Assembly (NCBI GenBank): GCA_964477685.1
Contig: CAYZHK010000002.1
Span: 1 to 55,430, forward strand
Reading direction: 5' to 3'
DNA from: an uncultured Nitrososphaerota archaeon
Lineage (GTDB): Archaea; Thermoproteota; Methanomethylicia; Methanomethylicales; Methanomethylicaceae
Length of the DNA: 55,430 nt
Shown here: positions 19,577 through 27,556 of the stretch, piece after piece
Numbering within the stretch: the first letter of the stretch is position 1
Layout of the letters: each line of letters starts with the position of its first letter
Notes under the pieces: model-generated
Told to the model about the DNA's origin: nothing
What the model saw: the letters and a program-made list of their open reading frames with translations, nothing else
The model's database searches: none
Translations under genes and position numbers: made by a program

Positions 19577-20007
19577 GGTATTACCAACACCTCTTCTGCC
19601 CTGCCCCTCACCACCTTGGGGCTATAGAACTTGACAACCCTAATGCATTCCGTGGGGCAGGTTGTGGCGCATGCCCCGCATCCTATGCACTTCTTCTCGT
19701 CGATGTATGCCAGCCCGTCCTTGATGTAGGGGGCATGGTCACCCTTCAGGGTGATCTTGCAGGCGTCGACGCAGAGCGCGCAGCCTATGCAGAGGTTCCG
19801 GTCGACGCTGATGGTGTGCCGCTCCAGCTTCCTGACCGGGAGGTTCCAGAGGACAGGGATGGCCATGGTGGGGCAATGCGAGCCGCAGAGCTCACAGAGT
19901 ACGCATTTGTCCAGGTCTATGGTGGGCTTTGTGTCTGTGATCGGGTTGAATTTGATGGCGTTGGTGGGGCAGACCCTGACGCAGGTTCCGCACCTTATGC
20001 ATATCAT
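19573..20007 (-). CDS. Polyferredoxin, 4 cubane motifs
   Basis: Start at MICIRCG (ATGA overlap at 20004-20007). Motifs: CIRCGTCVRVCP, CVLCELCGSHCP, CIGCALCVDACK, CIGCGACATTCP. Confidence 0.85.
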   Translation of the reverse strand: MICIRCGTCVRVCPTNAIKFNPITDTKPTIDLDKCVLCELCGSHCPTMAIPVLWNLPVRKLERHTISVDRNLCIGCALCVDACKITLKGDHAPYIKDGLAYIDEKKCIGCGACATTCPTECIRVVKFYSPKVVRGRAEEVLVIP

Positions 20008-20666
20008 TCGATTTCGCCCTCCCAGCTCTCTGTTTTTATGGACAACGCCCCCACAGGGCATGAGCGGACGCAGCGTCCGCAAAGCACGCAGTAGCCAGCT
20101 GGATACCTGTCCTTGAGGTGGATGGTCTGCGGCGGGCAAGCGCGGACGCACTCCCCGCAAAGGACGCAGAGGTCCGCGTAGAGCTTGACCCTACCCAGCT
20201 CGAACTTCAGAGCCTCAGTCGGACAGGCTATGCAGCAGAGGCTACAGAGCGAGCAGTTGATTATGGAGGCGCCAGCATCGCCCTTGTTGATCTTCAGCTC
20301 GTTGTTCTCGAGGCGGATGGCCCCGGTTGGGCATTTCTCGTAGCACTGCATGCACTTTACGCAGTTGAACTTGATGACCCGGTCCTTGTACGTGGAGGTG
20401 AGGAAGTACTTCTTTCCATAGTCCTCCGGCTTGAATTTGGTCTCAAACGAGTCTATTGCCTTGACCGGGCAGACCTCGGCACAGAGGTTGCAATGGGTGC
20501 AGAGGCCCCGCCTCTCCACGGTGAACTTGATGGATTTGGTTGGGCAGACGTTCCTGCAGCGGCCACAGAGTATGCACTTGGACATGTCGCGGTAGATCTT
20601 CCGCTTCATGACCTTGGTCTTCGGCACCGGTGCGGCTGCTGCGGCGGCCGTGGCTGGGGCGGTCAT
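20004..20666 (-). CDS. Polyferredoxin, 6 cubane motifs
   Basis: Motifs: CILCGRCRNVCP, CTHCNLCAEVCP, CVKCMQCYEKCP, CSLCSLCCIACP, CVLCGECVRACP, CVLCGRCVRSCP. The N-terminus is Ala-rich. Confidence 0.85.
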   Translation of the reverse strand: MTAPATAAAAAAPVPKTKVMKRKIYRDMSKCILCGRCRNVCPTKSIKFTVERRGLCTHCNLCAEVCPVKAIDSFETKFKPEDYGKKYFLTSTYKDRVIKFNCVKCMQCYEKCPTGAIRLENNELKINKGDAGASIINCSLCSLCCIACPTEALKFELGRVKLYADLCVLCGECVRACPPQTIHLKDRYPAGYCVLCGRCVRSCPVGALSIKTESWEGEIE

Positions 20667-21130
20667 CAGGGGCTCACCGCCTTTGCCTCCACTTTGGGTT
20701 TTGCCTTCCCCTCAAGTATCTCGGCCAGCCTCTCCGGGGAGGCAATCTCGAGGATGAGCGGATAGTCTATGGGCTTCTTCAGCTTGGGCAGTATATCCAC
20801 CCTGGCATTCTTTGGACAGACCTTGACGCAGAGGCCGCACCTCACGCAGATGCCCTTCACCCTCTGGTTTCCCTTCGCCTTTTCGCCTACGATCTTGGCA
20901 AAGTCAAAGGGGCAGTGCTTGACGCACATGCCGCAGAGTGTGCACCTCTTCCTGTCAACGTACCAGCCCCCGAATTTGTTCTTCCTTATGGCATTGGTGG
21001 GGCAGACAGAAGCGCATTGGCCGCAGGTTGTGCAGCTGAATGGGAAGCCGTCAGGATGCCTTATGCAGTCCGTGGGGCAGACCTCCCAGCATTTTCCGCA
21101 CTTGTCGCAGGCTGTGGTGGTGATGTACAT
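20666..21130 (-). CDS. Polyferredoxin, 4 cubane motifs
   Basis: Motifs: CDKCGKCWEVCP, CTTCGQCASVCP, CTLCGMCVKHCP, CVRCGLCVKVCP. Confidence 0.85.
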   Translation of the reverse strand: MYITTTACDKCGKCWEVCPTDCIRHPDGFPFSCTTCGQCASVCPTNAIRKNKFGGWYVDRKRCTLCGMCVKHCPFDFAKIVGEKAKGNQRVKGICVRCGLCVKVCPKNARVDILPKLKKPIDYPLILEIASPERLAEILEGKAKPKVEAKAVSP

Positions 21131-21391
21131 CTATTTTCCTCCAACATACTTGCCGATGAGCAGCCCCACCACTGCCCCTATGAGGGGTGTGGCGAAGCTA
21201 ATCTCAGGGGTAATGAATCCTCCCAGAATGCTGGTTGTGAATAGTGGGGCCTCAAAGAGGAAGGCCGCCACTATGGTGAGGCCAATGATCAGGAGGATCC
21301 CCCGCCGGCTCAACTGCCCCAGGAACTGGGTTCCGAATAGGAAGCCCAGAAGGAGGGCAATGAAGAAGGGGGTTATCTCGCCAAGCATCAT
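21131..21391 (-). CDS. Small membrane protein (86 aa), unassigned subunit
   Basis: Three hydrophobic segments. ATGA overlap upstream, and it abuts the next ATG downstream (TAG followed directly by ATG). Confidence 0.55.
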   Translation of the reverse strand: MMLGEITPFFIALLLGFLFGTQFLGQLSRRGILLIIGLTIVAAFLFEAPLFTTSILGGFITPEISFATPLIGAVVGLLIGKYVGGK

Positions 21392-22248
21392 TTGCCATCG
21401 CCCTCCTTCACAGCCGGCTCACTTACCGCATCGCTCCAGCCATAGATGAATGCAAAGAAGATCAGCCCAATTGCCCCGATCACGTTGAAGGCCTCGCCCA
21501 GATTGATCAGGGGGACTATCCCTGACGTGGAATAGAAGGTCCCCTCCTGAAGGGTGAGGGCCAGGCGGAACGGATCCCCAAAGACGGAGGTCCAAGCGGA
21601 GGACACCAGCCCCCAGAGGTCTGTTCCAACGTTATACTGCCAGTAGCCGGTGGTTAGGTAACCCGGCAGGCCCAGAAGGGCGTAGAGGGCCCAGCCAAAG
21701 CTGCCTATGGCGACAAGGAATTTCCTGTTGAGGTTCATCGGATTGTGCTTTCCGAACATGATGACGCTGAGAAGGTAGGCGGAGGAGATGATCACACCGC
21801 ATTGGAAGCCGCCTCCGCCAGAGGTTGCCACCCCTGTCACCACCATTATGCCGTAGGCAGTAAGCAGTATGGCCGTGGGTAGGGCAAAGTACTTCAGGAT
21901 GGGGGTGATGGACTCTGTCTTGAGCTGAAGGGGAGGCGAGACCATGGGCGGCTGCCCCTCGTCGGCAGTCAGCCTGACCACTCCCCTGCCGATCACCATA
22001 ACCGATACGACAGCCCCCACATAAATCACCCCCGTCTCCATCAGTGTGTCAAAGCCTCTCCAGTCGTAGACCCACATGGACAGGCTGTTGGGGGCCTGAA
22101 GGAACGCCAGGGCGTTGTAGTAGGGGCTGATGCCAGGGGTTACATTCCCATTGAGGTCAAATAGGGCGGCGAAAAGACCGACGGTTATGATCGCCAGTGC
22201 CACCACCACAATGATACCACGCCCGCCTTTGAGATCATTTGGACCCAT
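21388..22248 (-). CDS. MrpB/MnhB-like membrane subunit (long form, 286 aa)
   Basis: Contains both MnhB hallmarks: DWRGFDTLMETGVIYVGA (YRGxDTLGE-like) and SGGGGFQCGVIISSA (GGGFQGG-like). Confidence 0.75.
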   Translation of the reverse strand: MGPNDLKGGRGIIVVVALAIITVGLFAALFDLNGNVTPGISPYYNALAFLQAPNSLSMWVYDWRGFDTLMETGVIYVGAVVSVMVIGRGVVRLTADEGQPPMVSPPLQLKTESITPILKYFALPTAILLTAYGIMVVTGVATSGGGGFQCGVIISSAYLLSVIMFGKHNPMNLNRKFLVAIGSFGWALYALLGLPGYLTTGYWQYNVGTDLWGLVSSAWTSVFGDPFRLALTLQEGTFYSTSGIVPLINLGEAFNVIGAIGLIFFAFIYGWSDAVSEPAVKEGDGK

Positions 22249-22251
22249 TGT

Positions 22252-22578
22252 CTATCTCCCCCACATGGTTACAGCTATTATCACCGCGAAGTAGATCACG
22301 ACCCAGAAGAGGACGGTGTTCAGGTCATTGCTGCTCTCCTTCTGGACCCTGCGGAGCACAGGGGCAAAGTAGAGGATGCCCGCTATTGCCCCCACCAAAA
22401 TCACTATCCCGAGGGGCACCGAGAAGATCCTGAAGAAGGATGCCAGTATCAATATGAACACCAGCGCCTGCAGCTCCCCGGTCATATAGCCCGTTAGCTG
22501 GTCAGTGAATCCTCTCCCCTCAATGAATGGGGAAGCCCACTTCTTTAGACGGTCATAGATGCTCTCTACAGATACCAT
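22252..22578 (-). CDS. Small membrane protein (108 aa), unassigned subunit
   Basis: Only the last 108 codons of the 382-aa track ORF are taken (MVSVESIYDR...). ATG at 22578; 13-nt overlap with the MrpD-like gene; 2-3 TM helices. Confidence 0.55.
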   Translation of the reverse strand: MVSVESIYDRLKKWASPFIEGRGFTDQLTGYMTGELQALVFILILASFFRIFSVPLGIVILVGAIAGILYFAPVLRRVQKESSNDLNTVLFWVVIYFAVIIAVTMWGR

Positions 22579-24095
22579 GGTATGCTCACCAACTCCGCTA
22601 TGGGTGTCACGAACTGAAGCACGATGTTGGGATAGACGCCGATCACCAGAGCGATGGCGATAAGGATCCCAAGGGCTACGTAGATCCAGCGGGGGATCGG
22701 ACTCTCCTTCGGCACAGCAGCAGAGCCCTCCTCGCTGACAATGGGATCTGCCGGCTTGAAGAAGAGGGTGTAGATTCCCCTGAAGATGGCTATGAAGGTT
22801 GTCACGCTCACAAGCAGTATTACGGCGGCAATTTCCGGAAGGTTCACCAGGAGCGCAGCCCGGATCAGGATGATCTCGCTCTGGAAGCCGTTGAAGAGAG
22901 GTATGCCCGACGCTGCCATGGCACCGAGGACGACGGCAGCCGTGAGCCAGGGGGCCTTCTTGGCTATGCCGATGGCCGTCTTTGTGGATGTACCCCTCCC
23001 GAAGTAGATGACAGCCTCCACAGCGATCAGCAGAACGCTCATGTAGATGATATCGTTCACTGCCTGGAAGAGACCCCCGGTGAGGCCCTCGGTGGTGCCC
23101 AGCGAGATGCCTATGGTCACAAGACCGCTGTGGCTCACTATCAGGTAGGCCAGTATCCAGCGGAAGTCGGTCTGGAGTAGGGCCATCACTACGCCGAACA
23201 TCATGGTCAGGACGCTGACTGCGATCATCACCTCCCTCGTGAAGGGGAGAGTCCCGAAGAGCCTCAGCATAACTATACCCATGGCCACTAGGGAAAGTTT
23301 GGACTGTGCCTGGAGCATCACTGTGCCATGGGGGAATGAAGCCCCGTAGACATCTGATTTGAGCGGGTGGACAGGGACCAGACCGCCGGCGTATATCCAT
23401 GAGAGGGCGAAGAAGCCGAATGCCACATAGAGGACGGTGGCCATGCCCCCGAGGTCATGGCTGTGGAGGAAGGTTATGGAATCCGAAATGTTTGAGAACC
23501 CTGTCAGGCCGAGGATCAGTGCAAGGGAGACGGCCAGGCCGGCGCCACTGAGCGCCGAGAAGAAGGTGTACTTGAGGGCTGCCCTGTGGCTTACGCCATC
23601 GCCGGAGGCGACAACTATTCCTGCCACCACAAGGCTTCCAAGCTCCACACCAATCCAGAGGTGGTAAAAGTCATTCACCATGATTATTATGGCGGCAGAC
23701 ATGAAGGTGAGGAAGATCATCGCCATGTAGGCGCCCTGGTTCTTGGTCAGGTTGGGGCTCGCCACCAGGACGACGAGGACTAGGACGAGGGCCAGCACGG
23801 CGATCAGTATCTGCTGGAGGGGGCCGAAATAGTACTCCAAGGCCAGTCGCCAGGCAGAGGTGCCTGCGCCGAAGGTGAATGTGAATGTGCTGGTATCCAC
23901 TGCCGGGACGCCCGTGAACCAGTAATAGCCATAGGTCGAGATCAGCGTAATTGCCAGAAGGGCTACCGCCGAAGCCACTGAGACGCAGCGGATCAGCCTC
24001 TTCTTGTTGAAGAGGAAGTTCACAAGTATTGCTGTGAGCAGTGGGATGATCACCAGCAGGGCGATTGACCAGAGGTTCGTCACGGTTTCGCTCAT
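22566..24095 (-). CDS. Antiporter-like subunit, MrpD/NuoN/MbhH family
   Basis: 509 aa, about 14 TM. Proton_antipo_M-type features: NDFYHLWIGVELGS, AALKYTFFSALSGAGL, LVPVHPLKSDVYGA. Confidence 0.85.
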   Translation of the reverse strand: MSETVTNLWSIALLVIIPLLTAILVNFLFNKKRLIRCVSVASAVALLAITLISTYGYYWFTGVPAVDTSTFTFTFGAGTSAWRLALEYYFGPLQQILIAVLALVLVLVVLVASPNLTKNQGAYMAMIFLTFMSAAIIIMVNDFYHLWIGVELGSLVVAGIVVASGDGVSHRAALKYTFFSALSGAGLAVSLALILGLTGFSNISDSITFLHSHDLGGMATVLYVAFGFFALSWIYAGGLVPVHPLKSDVYGASFPHGTVMLQAQSKLSLVAMGIVMLRLFGTLPFTREVMIAVSVLTMMFGVVMALLQTDFRWILAYLIVSHSGLVTIGISLGTTEGLTGGLFQAVNDIIYMSVLLIAVEAVIYFGRGTSTKTAIGIAKKAPWLTAAVVLGAMAASGIPLFNGFQSEIILIRAALLVNLPEIAAVILLVSVTTFIAIFRGIYTLFFKPADPIVSEEGSAAVPKESPIPRWIYVALGILIAIALVIGVYPNIVLQFVTPIAELVSIPWYL

Positions 24096-24466
24096 CGCTT
24101 CTCCTCCTTGAGGACTTTGGATGCCTTGAGAGTCCCGTGGCGCCGGTAGAGCATTATGACCAAGGCAACGAGGATCGCCGTCGTACTGACGCCTATGACA
24201 ATGTTGGTCAGAACGATTCCCACGGGGAAGACAAGGACGGCGTTGTTGACGAATTCGGTGACCGAGTCGCCGGGCTCCAGGATGGCCGCCACGCCGCCCT
24301 GGACGTATCCAACCGCCACCAGCAGAAGGTTCACGCCGTCCGAGAGGAGGGTGAAGGCTATGATCTTCTTGATGAGGTTGTCCATGAGCAGCAGGCCGGC
24401 CAGCCCGATTATGACCAGCGCGGCGGCCGCAATGAATGCAAGAAGCTGGAGGGAGATCTCGATCAT
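24092..24466 (-). CDS. MrpC/NuoK-like subunit
   Basis: 124 aa, 3 TM. LIKKIIAFTLLSDGVNLLLVAVGY resembles MnhC/NuoK. Confidence 0.8.
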   Translation of the reverse strand: MIEISLQLLAFIAAAALVIIGLAGLLLMDNLIKKIIAFTLLSDGVNLLLVAVGYVQGGVAAILEPGDSVTEFVNNAVLVFPVGIVLTNIVIGVSTTAILVALVIMLYRRHGTLKASKVLKEEKR

Positions 24467-24720
24467 TCCTCTTCAGTCCTCCTTGTCTTGAAGATTGCCA
24501 GTATGATGAGGCCGGGGAGGAGCACCGTACCGACTATGGCCTGCGTGACGCCGAGGTCAGGTGCCAGGAGGGCCTGGAATATGAAGGCTAGGGCAATGCT
24601 CTCAGCCCCCGAGATGAAGGCTGCCCTGAGAAGGTCCTTCTGCAGGAGCGCTGCCACAGCGCCCACCGTAATGCCGACGACCATTATGTAGGCTATAACC
24701 ATGAAACTGTCTATGATCAT
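24463..24720 (-). CDS. MrpB N-terminal/DUF4040-like subunit (MbhD-like)
   Basis: 85 aa. ALLAPDLGVTQAIVG matches the DUF4040 APDVAxTEAxVG motif. Confidence 0.7.
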   Translation of the reverse strand: MIIDSFMVIAYIMVVGITVGAVAALLQKDLLRAAFISGAESIALAFIFQALLAPDLGVTQAIVGTVLLPGLIILAIFKTRRTEEE

Positions 24721-25205
24721 TTTTCCAACCTCCTATGGTAGGTGTAATAGTAGGCATTCGCCAGCGCGTTTCCAGAGAACGGGATCAGCAGGAAGAAGAA
24801 AAATCCCACTGCCACAAGGTCTATCCTCAATATCAATATCCCCACGAAGATCATAACAAGCGAGGCCGTGACGTCTATGACCCCTGTGATGTGGTTCCGG
24901 GCATAGAAGATGCTAGGGCCGTGCTCGTCGTTGAACCTGAAGAGGCCGACCGTCGCAGCTATCATAGGGGCGACTCCTGCAAAGAGGATGCCGGCTGCGC
25001 CTATCTTCATGACCACCTCAAGGGCCTCCGCCGGAGGAGTGCCCATCAGAGCCAGCGCCACGGAGGCGAGCACGAAGACAAAGATGAGGATCGGTATCGA
25101 TTTTGATGCGTCGAAGATGAAGCTGCCCTTGCGTATATTCAATGCCACATATGCGATCACTATTGCGCCGTATACGGCTACGAATATCTCCTCCAGCATT
25201 GTCAT
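24717..25205 (-). CDS. MrpG/MnhG-like subunit with two extra N-terminal helices
   Basis: 162 aa. GLFRFNDEHGPSIFYARNHITGVIDVTAS resembles the MnhG RFPDxxxRxHAxxxxDTxG region. Confidence 0.65.
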   Translation of the reverse strand: MTMLEEIFVAVYGAIVIAYVALNIRKGSFIFDASKSIPILIFVFVLASVALALMGTPPAEALEVVMKIGAAGILFAGVAPMIAATVGLFRFNDEHGPSIFYARNHITGVIDVTASLVMIFVGILILRIDLVAVGFFFFLLIPFSGNALANAYYYTYHRRLEK

Positions 25206-25498
25206 TCCTCCGTCCTGAATATCCTGGCAAATACTATGGTTCCAACGCCCCCAAAGACCAAGAGGGCAATGGCGGTGTCCCTGGCGAAGCCAACATTGAA
25301 GAGTTCAGGGAGCGAAATAAGGTAGAGCCCAGCTCCAGCTATGGTGGTGAAGCAGCTCACTCCCATAAGGGATGTGATCGCCTCGCCCTTCAGGGCTAGG
25401 CGGATGCACCCAAGCCCAGCCAGGGTGAGGGCCACAAGAAAAATGAGGGCGGACCAGAAGAAGGCCGTCCCTGCCAGGGTAACAAGGAAGTCACTCAT
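25202..25498 (-). CDS. MrpF/MnhF-like subunit
   Basis: 98 aa, 3 TM. Start at MSDFLV gives an ATGA overlap with the MrpE-like gene. The family call rests on size, topology and position after MrpE. Confidence 0.6.
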   Translation of the reverse strand: MSDFLVTLAGTAFFWSALIFLVALTLAGLGCIRLALKGEAITSLMGVSCFTTIAGAGLYLISLPELFNVGFARDTAIALLVFGGVGTIVFARIFRTEE

Positions 25499-25800
25499 TC
25501 GCCCAACCACCCAAGGACGTGGGGCTCGAGGGGAGTAACGTCTGCCCTTCCCCTCGGATTTATTGCGCCCACGATATACTGCCTCTTTTCACGGTCAATC
25601 TCGATCGTGACTGTGCCGGGGGTATAGGTAATGCTGTTAGCCACCATTACCTGTCCCAATGGATTCTTGACGTCTGTGTCAATGTGCACAATACATGGGT
25701 CAATGTCTCCGTTGAGGCACCTTTTACTGACATCTATAACGGAGGCCAGGATCTCTCTCACCAGTCTGAGCCAATACCTGATTCCATAAACCAGACCCAT
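25495..25800 (-). CDS. MrpE/MnhE-like subunit
   Basis: 101 aa. VMVANSITYTPGTVTIEID matches the MnhE ITLTPGT motif. Confidence 0.75.
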   Translation of the reverse strand: MGLVYGIRYWLRLVREILASVIDVSKRCLNGDIDPCIVHIDTDVKNPLGQVMVANSITYTPGTVTIEIDREKRQYIVGAINPRGRADVTPLEPHVLGWLGE

Positions 25801-25806
25801 AGCTAT

Positions 25807-26091
25807 TCACCTTAGTACCCTATTCAGACCGACAATGAACGCGCGGCCATAGTCCATGTAAGAACCTTCGTCACCCGGTCTCACTTCAATGGCAATCGAT
25901 CTGTCCTGCCCATTCCCAATGAAGATGACCAGGTGCACCATCCGCCCCTTATCTTTTTTATGGAGGTGAAGCGTCCCCCTCTCCGGATCATCGACAGAAA
26001 TAAAGTAGCCTTGATCTTTGGCAACCTCTAGGGTTTTTTCATGCAGGGCAGAGTTGGTGGCGAAGTATCTCGCGAAAAGCGTGGGGACCAT
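25807..26091 (-). CDS. Hypothetical 94-aa soluble protein, first gene of the block
   Basis: Begins MVPTLFARYF... No TM helix and no recognised motif. Lies 6 nt upstream of the MrpE-like gene. An alternative GTG start at 26127 would sit almost on top of the TATA candidate. Confidence 0.5.
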   Translation of the reverse strand: MVPTLFARYFATNSALHEKTLEVAKDQGYFISVDDPERGTLHLHKKDKGRMVHLVIFIGNGQDRSIAIEVRPGDEGSYMDYGRAFIVGLNRVLR

Positions 26092-26132
26092 AGATGAACA
26101 TTCCCGCAATGGAGAGAGATTAGGCACCGGTG

Positions 26133-26140
26133 TTTTATAA
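26133..26140 (-). promoter_or_regulatory. Candidate TATA box for the antiporter-hydrogenase-ATPase block
   Basis: The minus strand reads TTATAAAA, preceded by purine-rich AAAAGAG, about 45 nt upstream of ATG 26091. It lies in the only AT-rich spacer bordering the block (26128-26246). Confidence 0.35.
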
Positions 26141-26261
26141 CTCTTTTTCCTTTGGAGACTGGTTAATTTATTGGCCTTTTTTTCTCAGGTGTGTATAGCG
26201 GCGTTATCTTTTCCTGCGATTCTTAATAGGGGAGATATACTAGGGATTGATCGATTCAAAG

Positions 26262-27554
26262 ATGAGGGTTATTGCCGATCTGCACATCCACAGCCCCTTC
26301 AGCAGGGCAGTGAGCAGAGACATGTCCCTGAGGAATATTGAGCGGGGGGCCATTGCCAAAGGACTCCAGGTTGTGGGCACAGGAGATTTCACCCACCCGC
26401 TCTGGCGGAAGGAACTCGGCACCCTTGTGGAGGAGGACGGCCTCTTCCGAACAGAGGATGTGGGCGCAGTCCGTTTTCTGATCTCGGGGGAGGTCTGCAC
26501 CAACTTTGTGGTCAAGGAGAAGACGAGGAGGATACACCACCTCATACTCCTCCCTTCCCTGGAGGCGGCGGATTCCCTCTCGGCACTGCTGGGGAAGAGG
26601 GGAAAGCTCGATTCTGACGGGAGACCCAACCTCTCCATGACAGGGGCGGAGTTGGCAGAGGCGGTTACGGACCTGGGCGAAGAAGCCATGCTCATACCTG
26701 CCCACATATGGACCCCCTGGTTCTCACTCTTCGGGGATCGGGGCGGCGTGGACAGTTTGGAGGAGTGCTATGAGGATATGGCCCCCCACATATTCGCCCT
26801 GGAGACGGGCCTCTCTTCTGACCCGCCCATGAACTGGCGGGTCAGCGCCCTGGACAGCTACACCCTTGTCTCCAACAGCGACAGCCACAGCCCCAGCCCC
26901 TGGAGGATCGGGAGGGAGGCCAATATCCTGGAGGCCCCACAGCTAAGGTACAGCGACATTGTTGACACCATAATGCACCACAAGGAGAGGGTCACAACCA
27001 TCGAGGTGGACCCCGCCTACGGGAAGTACCACTGGACCGGGCACAGGAACTGCAACATCTCGGTCCCTCCCGGCGAGGCGGTCCGGCTGAAGGGCATCTG
27101 CCCCATCTGCGGCAGGAAGATGACCAAGGGGGTTGCCGAGAGGGTTGAGGAGCTTGCGGACAGGCCGGAGGGAGCAGTCCCAGCGGGTGCCCAGAGGTAC
27201 ATCAAGGTTCTGCCACTGAGCGAGATAGTGGCTGTTGTGATGCGGAAGGCCGTCTTTTCTGCTGATGTGCAGAAAAGCTACTGGGGGATTGTCTCCAAGT
27301 TCGCGGGCGAGATGGAGGCCCTGATCTATGCGCCGCGGGATGCCTTGGTCGACGCATGTGGGGAGGAGATAGCCGAGGTGATCATGAGGAGCCGGGAGGG
27401 GAAGCTGGTGATAGAGCCCGGCTATGATGGGGTCTACGGCAAGCCTGTTATTGCGGCGGTCGAGCCAAGGAGAAACGGTGAGCGGTCCAGGCCTGTGAGA
27501 GAAGGGGCGAGATTTTTAAGAGGGGGTAGGAACCTAGATGATTATACTTCCTAG
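26262..27554 (+). CDS. endoQ: PHP-domain endonuclease with Zn ribbon, EndoQ-like (COG1379)
   Basis: MRVIADLHIHSPFSRAVSRDMS and VVGTGDFTHPLW closely resemble the Pyrococcus EndoQ N-terminus. Zn ribbon: NCNISV...CPICGRKMTKGVAERVEEL. Confidence 0.75.
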   Translation: MRVIADLHIHSPFSRAVSRDMSLRNIERGAIAKGLQVVGTGDFTHPLWRKELGTLVEEDGLFRTEDVGAVRFLISGEVCTNFVVKEKTRRIHHLILLPSLEAADSLSALLGKRGKLDSDGRPNLSMTGAELAEAVTDLGEEAMLIPAHIWTPWFSLFGDRGGVDSLEECYEDMAPHIFALETGLSSDPPMNWRVSALDSYTLVSNSDSHSPSPWRIGREANILEAPQLRYSDIVDTIMHHKERVTTIEVDPAYGKYHWTGHRNCNISVPPGEAVRLKGICPICGRKMTKGVAERVEELADRPEGAVPAGAQRYIKVLPLSEIVAVVMRKAVFSADVQKSYWGIVSKFAGEMEALIYAPRDALVDACGEEIAEVIMRSREGKLVIEPGYDGVYGKPVIAAVEPRRNGERSRPVREGARFLRGGRNLDDYTS

Positions 27555-27556
27555 GG

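Noticed and set aside
22579-23400. The N-terminal 274 codons of the 382-aa track ORF (22252-23400).
   Set aside because: They overlap the MrpD-like gene out of frame and translate to an Arg/Pro/His/Gly-rich string. Only the last 108 codons (ATG 22578) look like a membrane protein and fit the operon spacing.
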